Shown here: positions 48,706 through 60,568 of the stretch, one piece after another | Position numbering within the stretch: the stretch's first letter is position 1 | Layout of the letters: each line of letters opens with the position of its first letter | Origin: Leucoraja ocellata | Taxonomy: Eukaryota | Direction: 5' to 3' | DNA length: 64,000 nucleotides | Assembly (NCBI GenBank): GCA_036785375.1 | Contig: JAWMAR010000077.1 | Location: 1,612,001-1,676,000, forward strand | Position numbers and translations under genes: made by a program | The notes under the pieces: model-generated | The model's database searches: none | Seen by the model: the letters and a program-made list of their open reading frames with translations, nothing else | Told to the model about the DNA's origin: nothing

Positions 48706-49546
48706 AGAAAAGACTAGCGGGTTTGTGAACCTCTGTCTCACGTGAAAAGACTGGTGGTTTGGGGCTGAATCGGGAATCTTGTTGGCGGCGAGGCAGTTCC
48801 AGGTTCAGTGCAGTAAACGCTCCGACAGTCAATATGGGGAGAGTCTTTCTGTGTTTGCGGAGTAGCTCCTGGCTCGCATTATTCTGATTATCACATCATT
48901 CACGTCAAAAGATTGGAATAAAGTGGCCAGGAAAATTATGTTGGGATGTCGGGATCCGGAGCAGCATCTCTTTGCTGAAGTTACTTACACCAACCATGTT
49001 GCAAGGGTTTGGGGAATTTAACATAGCAGCGATAAAGGAAGGAGATAACTGGTTAAATGTGGGTGGTTTGTGACTGGTCAGGCAGAGGGAGGGGGTTATA
49101 CAAGCAGGAAAGATCGAACCAGCTTTTGGCGCAGAAAAAAATCCTCTTATTGACTGGGTGGATTTCTTTTAAAATATAATTTTCCGCACAATAACAACAT
49201 TTTGGAAGAACTCGGCGGGTCAAGCATCATCTGAAATGGCGAATGAACATAGAACGTTTCTACATGCTTCATAGATGCTGCCACACCATCTGAGTTACGC
49301 TAGCACTTGGTATCCTTGTATGTAAACCAGCTTCTGCAGTTCTTCATTTCTGCAGATGTTTCAGGTTGAGACACATCTTTAGATGGAGTCAGAAGAAGTG
49401 GCCCGGTCGAAATATCGTCTGTCCATCCCCTCCTCACATGCGGGCAGACCAGCTAGGTTCATCCAGCGCCCCGATTTTAGCTCTAGATTCCAGCATCTGC
49501 GGTTCTTTTTTAATGTCTGCAAGTAACAAAATATGTCGGGTACAGA

Positions 49547-50540
49547 GGGCGGCACCGTGGCGCAGCGGTAGAGTTTACAACGTCAGAGACTACAGCACCT
49601 GATAGACCAGCCATGGTTGAATGGCGGAGTAGATTTGATGTGCCAAATGGTCTAATTCTGCTCCCATAACTTACGAACCTATGAACTGACTACAGGAGCC
49701 GCCTGCCCGTGACCACGTGGGGGGTCGATTGCGACAAGGGCGACAAGTTTATTTCGAGAAGACTGGAATATAAAAACAGGGATGTAACGCTGAGGCTTTA
49801 TAAGGCACCGGTCAGACGGCATTTGGGATATTGTAAGCAATTTTGGGCCCCTTGTCTGAGGAAGGACTGCGGGCTTTGTAGAGGATCCAGAGTAGGTTAA
49901 TGAGAATGATCCCAGGAATAATTGGGTTAATGTATAACGAGCGGTTGACGCCAATGGGCCCATACTCGATGCGGTTTAGAAGGGTGAGTCTGTACAGATT
50001 GGATGCGCAGAGGGTGTTTCCATTGGAGAGTTTGGGGCCAAAGGGCATTGGCTCGGAATCAAAAGACGTGTCTATAGAAAGAGGATGAGGATTAATCTCT
50101 TTAGTCAGAGAGTGATAAATCTGTGGAATTATTTGCCACAAAATGCTGTGGAGGCCAAGTCAATGGATATTTTTTGTCGGGGATTGATATATTCTTGATT
50201 AGTACCGGTGTTGGGGGTTATGGGGAGAATGCATGTGAATGGGGTTGAGAGGGAAGGATAGATCAGCCATGGTTGAATGGCGGAGTACATTTGATGTGCC
50301 ATATGGTCTAATTCTGCTCCCATAACTTACGAACCTATGAACTGACTACAGGTGCTGTCTGCCCGTGACCACGTGGGTGTTTTTGCTGGGTCCTCCGGTT
50401 TCCTCCCACACTCCAAAGATGTACAGGTTTATAGGTTAATTGGCTCCGGGAGGCGAGTGGGATAGTGTTAGTGTACAGGGTGATCGCTGGTCGGTGCGAT
50501 TCGGTGGGTCGAGGGGCCCGTTTCCGTGCTGTGTCTCGAA
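49547..50540 (+). mobile_element. HE1-like SINE interrupted by an old CR1 fragment, with a ~120-bp direct duplication
   Basis: SINE head GGGCGGCACCGTGGCGCAGCGGTAGAG; ~49600-49722 is repeated at ~50258-50377. Confidence 0.65.
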
Positions 50541-50700
50541 AATCTAAAGACGAATCTCGAAAGGTTAGAAACGAGGTTAGAAGGCGTGGTTTGTGACATA
50601 AGCGACTGTCTGATCGAGGGAAAGTAGGACTTGAGGATTGACGGTATTTATATGCAGCCAGACCAAGTCGAGACAGAGGTGTCACAACCCGACAACCAGG

Positions 50701-51137
50701 ATGCGGCCGTGCTCTGTCGGTTTCGTGATGTTTTTTCTCCGTATGTCAATTCATTTTCCATCTTCCGTCTGGAAAACAAAGTTATGGGTTTTGTTCTTTG
50801 TTTCTACATTCTAAAGTACAACTTGTGAATTTTCTCTTCGCAGGCAGATGTCTTGTTGACGGTATAACACAGCAACAGATGTCCCTCGTCTCAATGGCAA
50901 GTAAAAGTGTCACAATCGCATGCGGCATGAACGAAGCGACCGTCATCCACTGGTATCGGCAGCCAACGGGCCAGGCGCCAGTCAGGATCCTGTATTATGA
51001 ATCTGGGGTCAACAATCGGGATGATGGATTTGGGGACAGATTTACAGCGCGACTTGTTGTGACTGGACAGTATTCTCTAACGGTGGACGCTCTCAAGAGA
51101 GATGACTCCGCCACCTATTTCTGCGCATATTGGGATA
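50701..51137 (+). CDS. TRGV: TCR gamma variable segment V6 (leader 50701-50740, intron 50741-50843, V exon 50844-51137)
   Basis: Leader MRPCSVGFVMFFL, GTATGT..TCGCAG intron, ITQQQMS..IACGMNEATVIHWYRQ..RFTA..DSATYFCAYWD; TATA-like TATTTATA at 50645. Confidence 0.88.
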
Positions 51138-51176
51138 CACAGAGTTAAACAGCAACCGACGTCGCTTACAAAAACC
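51138..51176 (+). other. 23-RSS of V6
   Basis: CACAGAG + 23 nt + ACAAAAACC. Confidence 0.93.
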
Positions 51177-51904
51177 TCCGCACACCTCAATGCGCTTATC
51201 ACACATACCACTTCCGACTCACACAGAATTCGCAACTGACAAGAAAACCCCCTTCGTCTCTCTTCAGATGAAGATGTTTTCAACCTAATGCAACCAAAGC
51301 ACCAAACGAGCCTCGTCGGCCATTCATGCAATTACACTTACACTTACAGAGTGAATGATTGGTCGCTCGCTAAAAGGTTACAGGTAGTGCATTGGGTGAA
51401 ATATCGTATCGACTCCCCGACTCCCCCCCCCCCCCCCCCACACCCCCACCCCCCACTCACAGGGATCAGGCGAAGTCCACCCCCCTACCCTCAGCCCCAT
51501 GGGGTTCGTGGAAATCTCGTTCTTCTCCTCTGTATCTGCACCGCCTCTCCCTTTTATCCACAGCACTGTCCTAGAGCTGCTGCCCGATGTGGTTTCGCCT
51601 CCCTCTGTATATTTGGCTTTAAAGTCTGTTCTTTAAGATTTTTGGGGCAATCAAACTTCCTATATTAGTATGCATCCCGGAAACTGGAGGCATAGTTATA
51701 CAAGACGGAATGACCTTCGGGCCATCTTTGTTCCACATCTCTTAATGTCGTTAACACCTGAACATCTAGCAATCTTTGTCTTGGTTATATTTGGCCACTG
51801 GGCATCCCATTGGAGAAAATGTCCATGAAATTCTTCTCAAGTCTATCGTGAATGGCTGACCCGTGAGATGCTTTGTGATTGTGACCCATGACTTTAGACA
51901 TCAG

Positions 51905-52208
51905 TGATGCAGCGTGGAAACAGGACTTTAGGCCCACCGAGTCTGCGCTGAACAGCGATCATTCCGTACACTAGCACTATCCTACACACTAGGGAACTTT
52001 ACAATGTTTTTTTACCAAAGCCCATTAACATAAAAACCTGTACGTCTTTGGAATGTGGGAGGAAACTGGAGTACCCGGAGAAAACACATGCGGTCACAGG
52101 AAGAATGTACAAACCCCGTAGAGACAGCACCCGGAGGTGGTTACAAGTTCGAACCCAGGTCTCTACGGCTGTGAGGCAGTAACTCTACAGCTGCGCCACT
52201 GTGCCGCC
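51905..52208 (-). mobile_element. HE1-like V-SINE
   Basis: Reverse complement of GGCGGCACAGTGGCGCAG..GGTTCGAAC head and V-domain core. Confidence 0.8.
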
Positions 52209-52350
52209 ATGGTTCCATACAATCCAGTCAAAGGCGACATCAATGTCACCTGCCCATTACCAATGAGTAAATTCAATGAGATTACCTCTCATTCTTCTAC
52301 AGAGTTTAGATCTTGTCTGCCTAATCCCTCTTAAGAGGCCAAACCCGCCA

Positions 52351-52925
52351 TCATAGAAACATAGAAAATAGGTGCAGGAGTAGGCAATTCGGCCCTTTGA
52401 GCCTGCACCTCCATTCAATATGATCATGGCTGATCATCCAACCCAGTATCCTGTACCTGTCTTCACTCCCCCCCCCCCCCCCCCCCCCCGGGGGGTGGGG
52501 GTGGGGGGTGGGGGCTGCTGATCCCTTTAGCCACAAAGGCCACATCTAACTCCCTCTTAAATATAGCCAATGAACTGGCCTCAACTACCCTCTGTGACGG
52601 AGAATTCCAGAGATTCACCACTCTCTGTGTGAAAAATGTTTTTCTCATCTTGGTCCTAAAAGATTCCCCCTTATCCTTAAACTGTGACCCCTTGTCCTGG
52701 ACTTCCCCAACATCAGGAACAATCCTCCTGCATCTAGCCTGTCCAACCCCTTAAGAATTTTGTAAGTTTCTATAAGATCCCCTCTCAATCTTCTAAATTC
52801 TAGCAAGTACGAGCCGAGTCTATCCAGTCTTTCTTCACATGAAAGTCCTGACATCGCAGGAATCAGTCTGTTGAACCTTCTCTGTACTCCCTCTATGGCA
52901 AGAATGTGTTTCCTCAGATTAGGAT
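52351..52925 (-). mobile_element. CR1 LINE 3' fragment
   Basis: PNLRKHILAIEGVQRR..TRGHSL; tail. Confidence 0.88.
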
Positions 52926-54952
52926 TCAGTCTGGTAAATGTTTGTGAATTTCCTCGAATCCTTAAATAAGGAGATATTCCAGGTGTGATCACACCAGGGC
53001 ACTACATGAAAGCCTCAAATCCCCTTACCAACAAAGGCTAACATACTATTTGCTTGTTAGATCTTTATATTAGCATCCATTTTTGTGCAAAGGGCCCCCC
53101 TGAACCATCTCAAAACTAACACCCTTCAATCTCTCACCAGTAAAATAACTCTGCTTTCTATTTTGATCTATTTGATGACATTACATGTTCCACATTATTT
53201 GTATCCACCACGTCCGCTCCTATTTTACCAAATGATCTATAACTTCTGTAACCTGACTACACTCCACACTAACAACAGCACCACTAGTATCTACATAATT
53301 TGTAAACTAACTTATCATACTTCCTATATTAATATCCACATTGTCGTGTGCCCAAACATCATATCCATGGTGTTTGAGCACATTGCGAGGGCCCAAAAGT
53401 TTAGAGTTGATGAGATCCAATGTAATTTGGCAAATTGGCTTGGGAACAAGAGGCAGAAAGTAATGGTGGATGACTGGTTCTTTTTATGACCAGAAACCTG
53501 TGGCTAGTTATGTAAAACAAGGTTGGTGCTGCGGGCCTTATTGTTTGTTCATGAAGGAACTGCAGATGCTGGAAAATCGAAGCAATTCTCCAACAAAATT
53601 GCTGGAGAAACTCAGCGGGTGCGGCAGCAGCTATGGAGCGAAGGAAAACCAATGCCTTATTTTAAACCAAAACCAGGGCCTTATTGTTTGTCGCTTTGGC
53701 CAGAGTCATTTAAAAAATAGCAGGCAGAAACAGGAAAGTGAGAATGAGGGCAAGATTAGATCTGTCATTAATTCATTGAATAACAGAACAGTTCTCCCAG
53801 TGGTGCATTTGCCCTTTAGCTGCACCTATTTCTTATATATTTGCCCTAATTTTACTGTCTTCAAACACACAGATTATCTACAGCACTGGACACGTGTTAC
53901 ACATTCTGTCTCTGCAAAGTTCTTTACATTCACAGGCCAGGTAAGCCAGAAAGGAACATCAGTGTCCTCCACGACCAGCTTCTTAGTATAAAGGCTCTAA
54001 AAATGGTGGTCAGCCAAGTCACATCACTTGCAACTGGCTCACAACATAGACATACAAACAGATCCACATACGCATTATGAGCAATGGTAGACCTATTGGC
54101 CTACTCTGCCATTCAGTGGTTGAGCTAATTGTAACATCTTCTCCACATTCCAGGTTCATGGGGCTGATATCTGGAATGCCTATCAAAGGTGCCTATTGCA
54201 TCCTCTTTGGCCTCACTTTTGGAAATCAGATCACCTGGCTCTGCTTCTTCTTTCTGAAGAATGCAGCTCCAGCAGTGAGAACAGCACACGGAACTGGTTA
54301 GGGATGGGGGGGGGGGGGGGGGGGGGGAGGAACCACTGCATAATTGCTTGGGTTCAGTAGTGGCATTGGACATAAAAGATTACGCCATGATTTTTTCCAA
54401 CTTCATAATGAAATATGTGGAGGAGTGTGTTCTCACCAAAACCATCTGAGGGCTCCCCAACCAGATGCCATGAATGAACCAGGATGTCTGCAATTACTGA
54501 GGTCTAGGCATTCCAGTCGGGCAATGTAGGTTTGTGTAGGTAGTCCAGGTTTGACTTTAATAAGACTATCAAAACTGCAAAGGGACACTTTCATTCTAAA
54601 TTGGAGGGTGATTCGGACAATTAGCAGCTGTGGCAGGGCTTGCATCCCGTCACTTCCTGGAAGACAAACACAAGTGGTGGCTCAACGGTAGTGAGGCAAC
54701 ACTCCCAGCATGAGCTAAATGCTTTCTACACATGGTCTGATAGGGAGAACAACAATATGCCCCATGGCACAGTAATCTCATGGTAATAATAAAAAGGTAT
54801 ATATCAGGCTGTTATTCGTCAACTACAAGTCCGAGTTTAATACCATCATCTCCTCCAAACTTTTTATCAAGTTCAGGGAACTGGGTCTTTCTATACACCT
54901 TTTTAATTGGATTCTTGACTTCCTCATCAATAGACCACAATTAGAACAGATT

Positions 54953-55817
54953 GTAGGTATGTTACAAAACCTACCTGAATCGTCATTGGGAATCTGCCCT
55001 CAGCCATGGCCGCGATTTTGGCGCTGTTTGGAGGGGGCGGGTTTAAAACGCGATTTTTACTAGGCTGTACTAATCGCACATGTTCAGCCTAGTAAATCAT
55101 TAACGAAAAATCGCTGCAAGACCCGGTCGCAAAAGGTATTATTAGTTTTATAGGCCTCGATAATATAGTTCTAATAGTTTTAAAATTACTGTTTCATTCC
55201 GCGACCTCTCGCAGCCCCAGGGTTTTATAGAGCAAACAATTAAAGGTATGTACCTTATTTTTACATTAAATGGGGCATATATATAACCCTATATATCAAG
55301 TTATCTATAGCGAGTAGCTCATTTTGGGCTTTTTATATCCCGCAGTATTTTTCTCGGCATTTGAGGGCACTAATCCAGCGCTATGTCAACGTTCTAAACC
55401 AGCGCGTTCCACATGAACCCACTAGAAAGCCGATTTAAATGGGCATTTATTTACAGCAATTGAACACTAAATTCCTTCCATTTGGCCTATAAATTAATGT
55501 AAATTAGATATAAAAATCATGTTATATTGTGAATTATTTGTGAATAATCTTTGGACACTTAGGCTATTTAAAAATGTTAATCTTTCCTTAAGAAATGGGC
55601 TTTTGATTATCCAAGATCACAGCTTTTTTGTAATGTCCATTGAAAATCAATAGGGAACAAGATGCTAATTTCCGAGTATGAAAATGGTCATAACTTTTTT
55701 AATACTTGAGATATGAAAGTGAATTTGGTGTCAAATTAAACTTATTGTTATGCTTTATCTGATGGGATAAATTGCAGAATTGATTTTTTAAATCTCAAAA
55801 TTTTGTAACATTGCTAC
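54953..55817. mobile_element. Non-autonomous TIR DNA element (unclassified) inserted in a Rex1 remnant
   Basis: TIR GTAGGTATGTTACAAAA / TTTTGTAACATTGCTAC; AGATT duplicated at 54948-54952 and 55818-55822. Confidence 0.75.
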
Positions 55818-57921
55818 AGATTGGCAAGAATTCCTCTTCAATAACCATCTGCACAGGAGCACGACTCCTGCATGACTGTGTGGCCAGATACAATTCCAAC
55901 GCCATCTTTATATTTGCCGCAACATCACAGTTGTTAGACAAATTACTGGTAATGATGAGTGTGTAAGAAGGAGCTGTAGATGCTGGTTTAAACCGAAAAT
56001 AGACACAAAAAACTGGAGTAACTCAGCGGGCCAGGCAGAGAAGGAATTGGTGACGTTTCGGGTCGAGCACCTTCTTCAGACTGGTTAGGGTTAAGGGAAA
56101 ACGAGAGGTATAGATGGTGATGTGGAGAGATAAAGAACAATGAATGAAAGATATGCACAAAGTACCGATGATGAGTTGGACCATATGAGGGAGATTTAGG
56201 TTTATTATTATCACATGTACTGGGTACATGGGTACATTGTTTTGTATGCTGTCCAAACAGATCAGATATGCCATACATTGATACAATCAGTTCAAATTCA
56301 AGTACAATAGACAGTGCAAAGAGGAAGCTACATTTTCAGCATTGTAGCGTTGTTCCTTCTCAGTTCCTTAGGCAAAGTCCAGTGTCCTCAATGGGGTACA
56401 GGTGGATCGGACAGTATCTAGCCTTATACACCCCCTATCATCAAACGGGTCTATAGAAGGCCCTGCCTTAAAACGACAGCCAGATTACCATCGAAGACCC
56501 ACACCACCTTGGCCATCCTTTCATTTCACTGCTACTATCAGGAATAAGGCGTACGTCAGAAAAACATAATCCCTAGGTTCAAGAATAGCTTCTTCCCAAC
56601 AATCTCTTGAATGCTACAAAATGCCCAAATACGAAGGACTTTGGGATTTTATGTAATACTGCTGAGGTTATTATTTTTTTAATTTTCTTTTTTCTTTATT
56701 ATATGTTATCTATGAGTATTATATTCACAGGCCTATTATGCTGTTGCTTTGTTTTCGGTACATGTGACAATTAAGCACTCTTGCCCCTTGACACTTGATG
56801 GTACTGTTGTATTAAAGAGAGATTTGGTTGATTAGTTTGTATTCTCTCAAATTCAGTAAAATTAGATATCTCATTGAAATATACAAAACTATTCCAGGGC
56901 TCAATATGCTTGATTCAATGAGAATATTTCTGTAAACAAGTGCCAAAGTCATTATGTGGTTTAAACACGTCTTTAATAATCACTTAGCAGCACTAGGATA
57001 ACTGGTCGTCAGTACACCCTAGCTGCTCGAACCCAAGTGCCCGGGGTGGGGCATTAGTAAGAGTGTTAGTATGGGTGTTGTGAAGGGGTGGAGTTAGTGG
57101 TACTGGCTTGTGCGTGATTGGTTCACATGTACTCAATCTACATCCTTCCCCCTTGGGATTAAGTGTGGAAAGGGCACCCATGCCATGGAGTTAAACATAC
57201 TCGCCATATCTGTCTGGCGGTCTGCTAACGTGCGCGTGCAGACCCAACCCTCCCCTCCCTCTCCCGAAAGATGGGACGGAGAGCCTGGAGGTGAGAATGG
57301 CGCGGGAGAGGTTTGTGGGGACCAAAAAGGAAGACATGCGGTAGGTGAGTCCCCGTGGTTAGTGGAGACTGAGGGACGAGGGGGGGTGTAAGGCATGCGG
57401 GGACGGGTGGGAGACACCGCAGAAGGCGTCTGGAACTGGAGCGGTGGAGTGTAGGGACCAGCAGGCGGTGGGCGGGGCTCCCTCACAGCAAGCAGGTGTC
57501 GACGTCTCCAGTAGACCGCTCCCTCACAGTCCACCATGTAGGATCGTGGCTCGTCAGTCGGGCTGACAACAGTGCCCAGACGGGAACGGGAAGTTCGTAG
57601 ACGGCCGACCTGGCCCGGCAGTAGAGGCTTGAGTGGTCCGCTGGAACTGTCACATGACCGTTTCTGGATGTCATGCTTCTCTTGGAGACATTGCTGTTGT
57701 GCGGTGGGGACCAGAGACCTCGTCAATTTTGACATCAGGTGCTGTGCCGGTGATCCTAAGGGTACCGTCGCTGGCAATGTTTCTAAGATTCAGGAGATCG
57801 AGATAGACGCCCGACTTGGAGATGCGCGCTCCCTCCAGCAAGTGCTTGGCACTTCTGACAGCACGTTCAGCGAGTCCATTACTATGCGGATACTCGGGGC
57901 TGCTCGTGACGTGCTGGAAGT

Positions 57922-60568
57922 CAAGCCAAGTCAAGTCAAGTTTATTTGTCACATACACATACGAAATTCAGAAACAATGGTTCTGAACTTAAAGAAAGGT
58001 AACTTTGAGGGTATGAGACGTGAATTGGCCAAGATTGACTGGCAATTAATTCTAAAAGGGTTGACAGTGGATATGCAATGGAAGACATTTAAAGACTGCA
58101 TGGATGAACTACAAAAATTGTTCATCCCAGTTTGGCAAAAGAATAAATCAGGGAAGGTAGTACATCCATGGATAACAAGGGAAATCAGGGATAGTATCAA
58201 AGTGAAAGATGATGCGTACAAATTAGCCAGAAAAAGCAGCATACCGGAGGACTGGGAGAAATTCAAAGACCAGCAGAGGAGGACAAAGGGCTTAATTAGG
58301 AAAGGAAAAATAGATTATGAAAGAAAATGGCAGGGAACATTAAAACTGACTGCAAAAGTTTTTATAGATATGTGAAAAGAAAGAGATTAGTTAAAACAAA
58401 TGTAGGTCCCTTGCAGTCAGAAACAGTTGAGTTGATCATGGGGAACAAGGATATGGCGGACCAATTGAATAACTACTTTGGTTCCGTCTTCACTAAGGAA
58501 GACATAAATAATTTGCCGGAAATAGCAGGGGACCGCGGGTCAAAGAAGTTGGAGGAATTGAGTGAAATCCAGGTTAGCCGGGAAGTGGTGTTGGGTAAAT
58601 TGAATGGATTAAAGGCCGATAAATCCCCAGGGCCAGATAGGCTGCATCCCAGAGTACTTAAGGAAGTAGCTCCAGAAATAGTGGATGCATTAGTAATAAT
58701 CTTTCAAAACTCTTTAGATTCTGGAGTAGTTCCTGAAGATTGGCGGGTAGCAAACGTAACCCCACTTTTTAAGAAGGGAGGGAGAGAGAAAATGGGGAAT
58801 TACAGACCAGTTAGTCTAACATCGGTAGTGGGGAAACTGCTAGAGGCAGTTATTAAAGATGGGATAGCAGCACATTTGGAAAGTGGTGAAATCATTGGAC
58901 AAAGTCAGCATGGATTTACGAAAGGTAAATCATGTCTGACGAATCTTATAGAATTTTTCGAGGATGTAACTAGTAGCTTGGATAGGGGAGAACCAGTGGA
59001 TGTGGTGTATCTGGACTTCCAGAAGGCTTTCGACAAGGTCCCACATAAGAGATTAGTATACAAACGTAAAGCACAAGGCATTGGGGGTTCAGTATTGATG
59101 TGGATAGAGAACTGGCTGGCAAACAGGAAGCAAAGAGTAGGAGTAAACGGGTCCTTTTCACAATGGCAGGCAGTGACTAGTGGGGTACCCCAAGGCTCAG
59201 TACTGGGACCCCAGCTATTTACAATATATATTAATGATCTGGATGAGGGAATTGAAGGCAATATCTCCAAGTTTGCGGATGACACTAAGCTGGGGGGCAG
59301 TGTTAGCTGTGAGGAGGATGCTAGGAGACTGCAGGGTGACTTGGATAGGCTGGGTGAGTGGGCAAATGTTTGGCAGATGCAGTATAATGTGGATAAATGT
59401 GAGGTTATCCATTTTGGTGGCAAAAACAGGAAAGCAGACTATTATCTAAATGGTGGCCGATTGGGAAAGGGGGAGATGCAGCGAGACCTGGGTGTCATGG
59501 TACACCAGTCATTGAAGGTAGGCATGCAGGTGCAGCAGGCAGTAAAGAAAGCAAATGGTATGTTAGCTTTCATTGCAAAAGGATTTGAGTATAGGAGCAG
59601 AGAGGTTCTACTGCAGTTGTACAGGGTCTTGGTGAGACCACACCTGGAGTATTGCATACAGTTTTGGTCTCCAAATCTGAGGAAGGACATTATTGCCATA
59701 GAGGGAGTGCAGAGACGGTTCACCAGACTGATTCCTGGGATGTCAGGACTGTCTTATGAAGAAAGACTGGATAGACTTGGTTTATACTCTCTAGAATTTA
59801 GAAGATTGAGAGGGGATCTTATAGAAACTTACAAAATTCTTAAGGGGTTGGACAGGCTAGATGCAGGAAGATTGTTCCCGATGTTAGTGAAGTCCAGGAC
59901 AAGGGGTCACAGCTTAAGGATAAAGGGGAAATCCTTTAAAACCGAGATGAGAAGAACTTTTTTCACACAGAGAGTGGTGAATCTCTGGAACTCTCTGCCA
60001 CAGAGGGTAGTTGAGGCCAGTTCATTGGCTATATTTAAGAGGGAGTTAGATGTGGCCCTTGTGGCTAAGGGGATCAGGGGGTATGGAGAGAAGGCAGGTA
60101 CGGGATACTGAGTTGGATGATCAGCCATGATCATATTGAATGGCGGTGCAGGCTCGAAGGGCCGAATGGCCTACTCCTGCATCTAATTTCTATGTTTCTA
60201 TGTTTCTATGAGGTGTGCAGTGAAATGAAAGTGGCAATGCTCGCTGACTTTTGTGCAAAAGCCAAACAACAAAACAACCAAACAAATTATAAACACAATC
60301 ATAACACACATATTCTTTTACATAATAAATAATGGAAGGAAAAACGTTCAGTAGAGTTAGTCCCTGGTGAGATAGGCGTTTACAGTCCGAATTGCCTCTG
60401 GGAAGAAACTCCTTCTCAACCTCTCCGTCCTCACCGCATGGCAACGGAGGCGTTTGCCTGACCGTAGCAGCTGGAACAGTCCATTGCAGGGGTGGAAGGG
60501 GTCTCCCATGATTTTATTTGCTCTGGAGTTGCACCTCCTGTTGTTTAGTTCCTGCAGGGGGGGCGAGT
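57922..60568 (-). mobile_element. Rex1-like LINE tail in the Gypsy C integrase, itself split by a CR1
   Basis: (CTTGA)n tail at ~57922-57940; DPFHPCNGLFQLLRSGKRLR at 60357-60568; GAAGT duplicated at 57917-57921 and 60569-60573. Confidence 0.75.
57963..60210 (+). mobile_element. Young 5'-truncated CR1 LINE with an open 594-aa RT region
   Basis: ORF 58327-60111 with KSPGPD, NYRPVSLTS, QHGF, KFADD; near-identical to 232-1674. Confidence 0.95.

Noticed and set aside
52467-52515. Poly-C/poly-G palindrome inside a CR1 tail
   Set aside because: Homopolymer expansion or sequencing artefact; similar tracts are scattered through the window.
54190-54300. J-like peptide GLTFGNQITWL
   Set aside because: No FGxG, no upstream RSS, no suitable splice donor.
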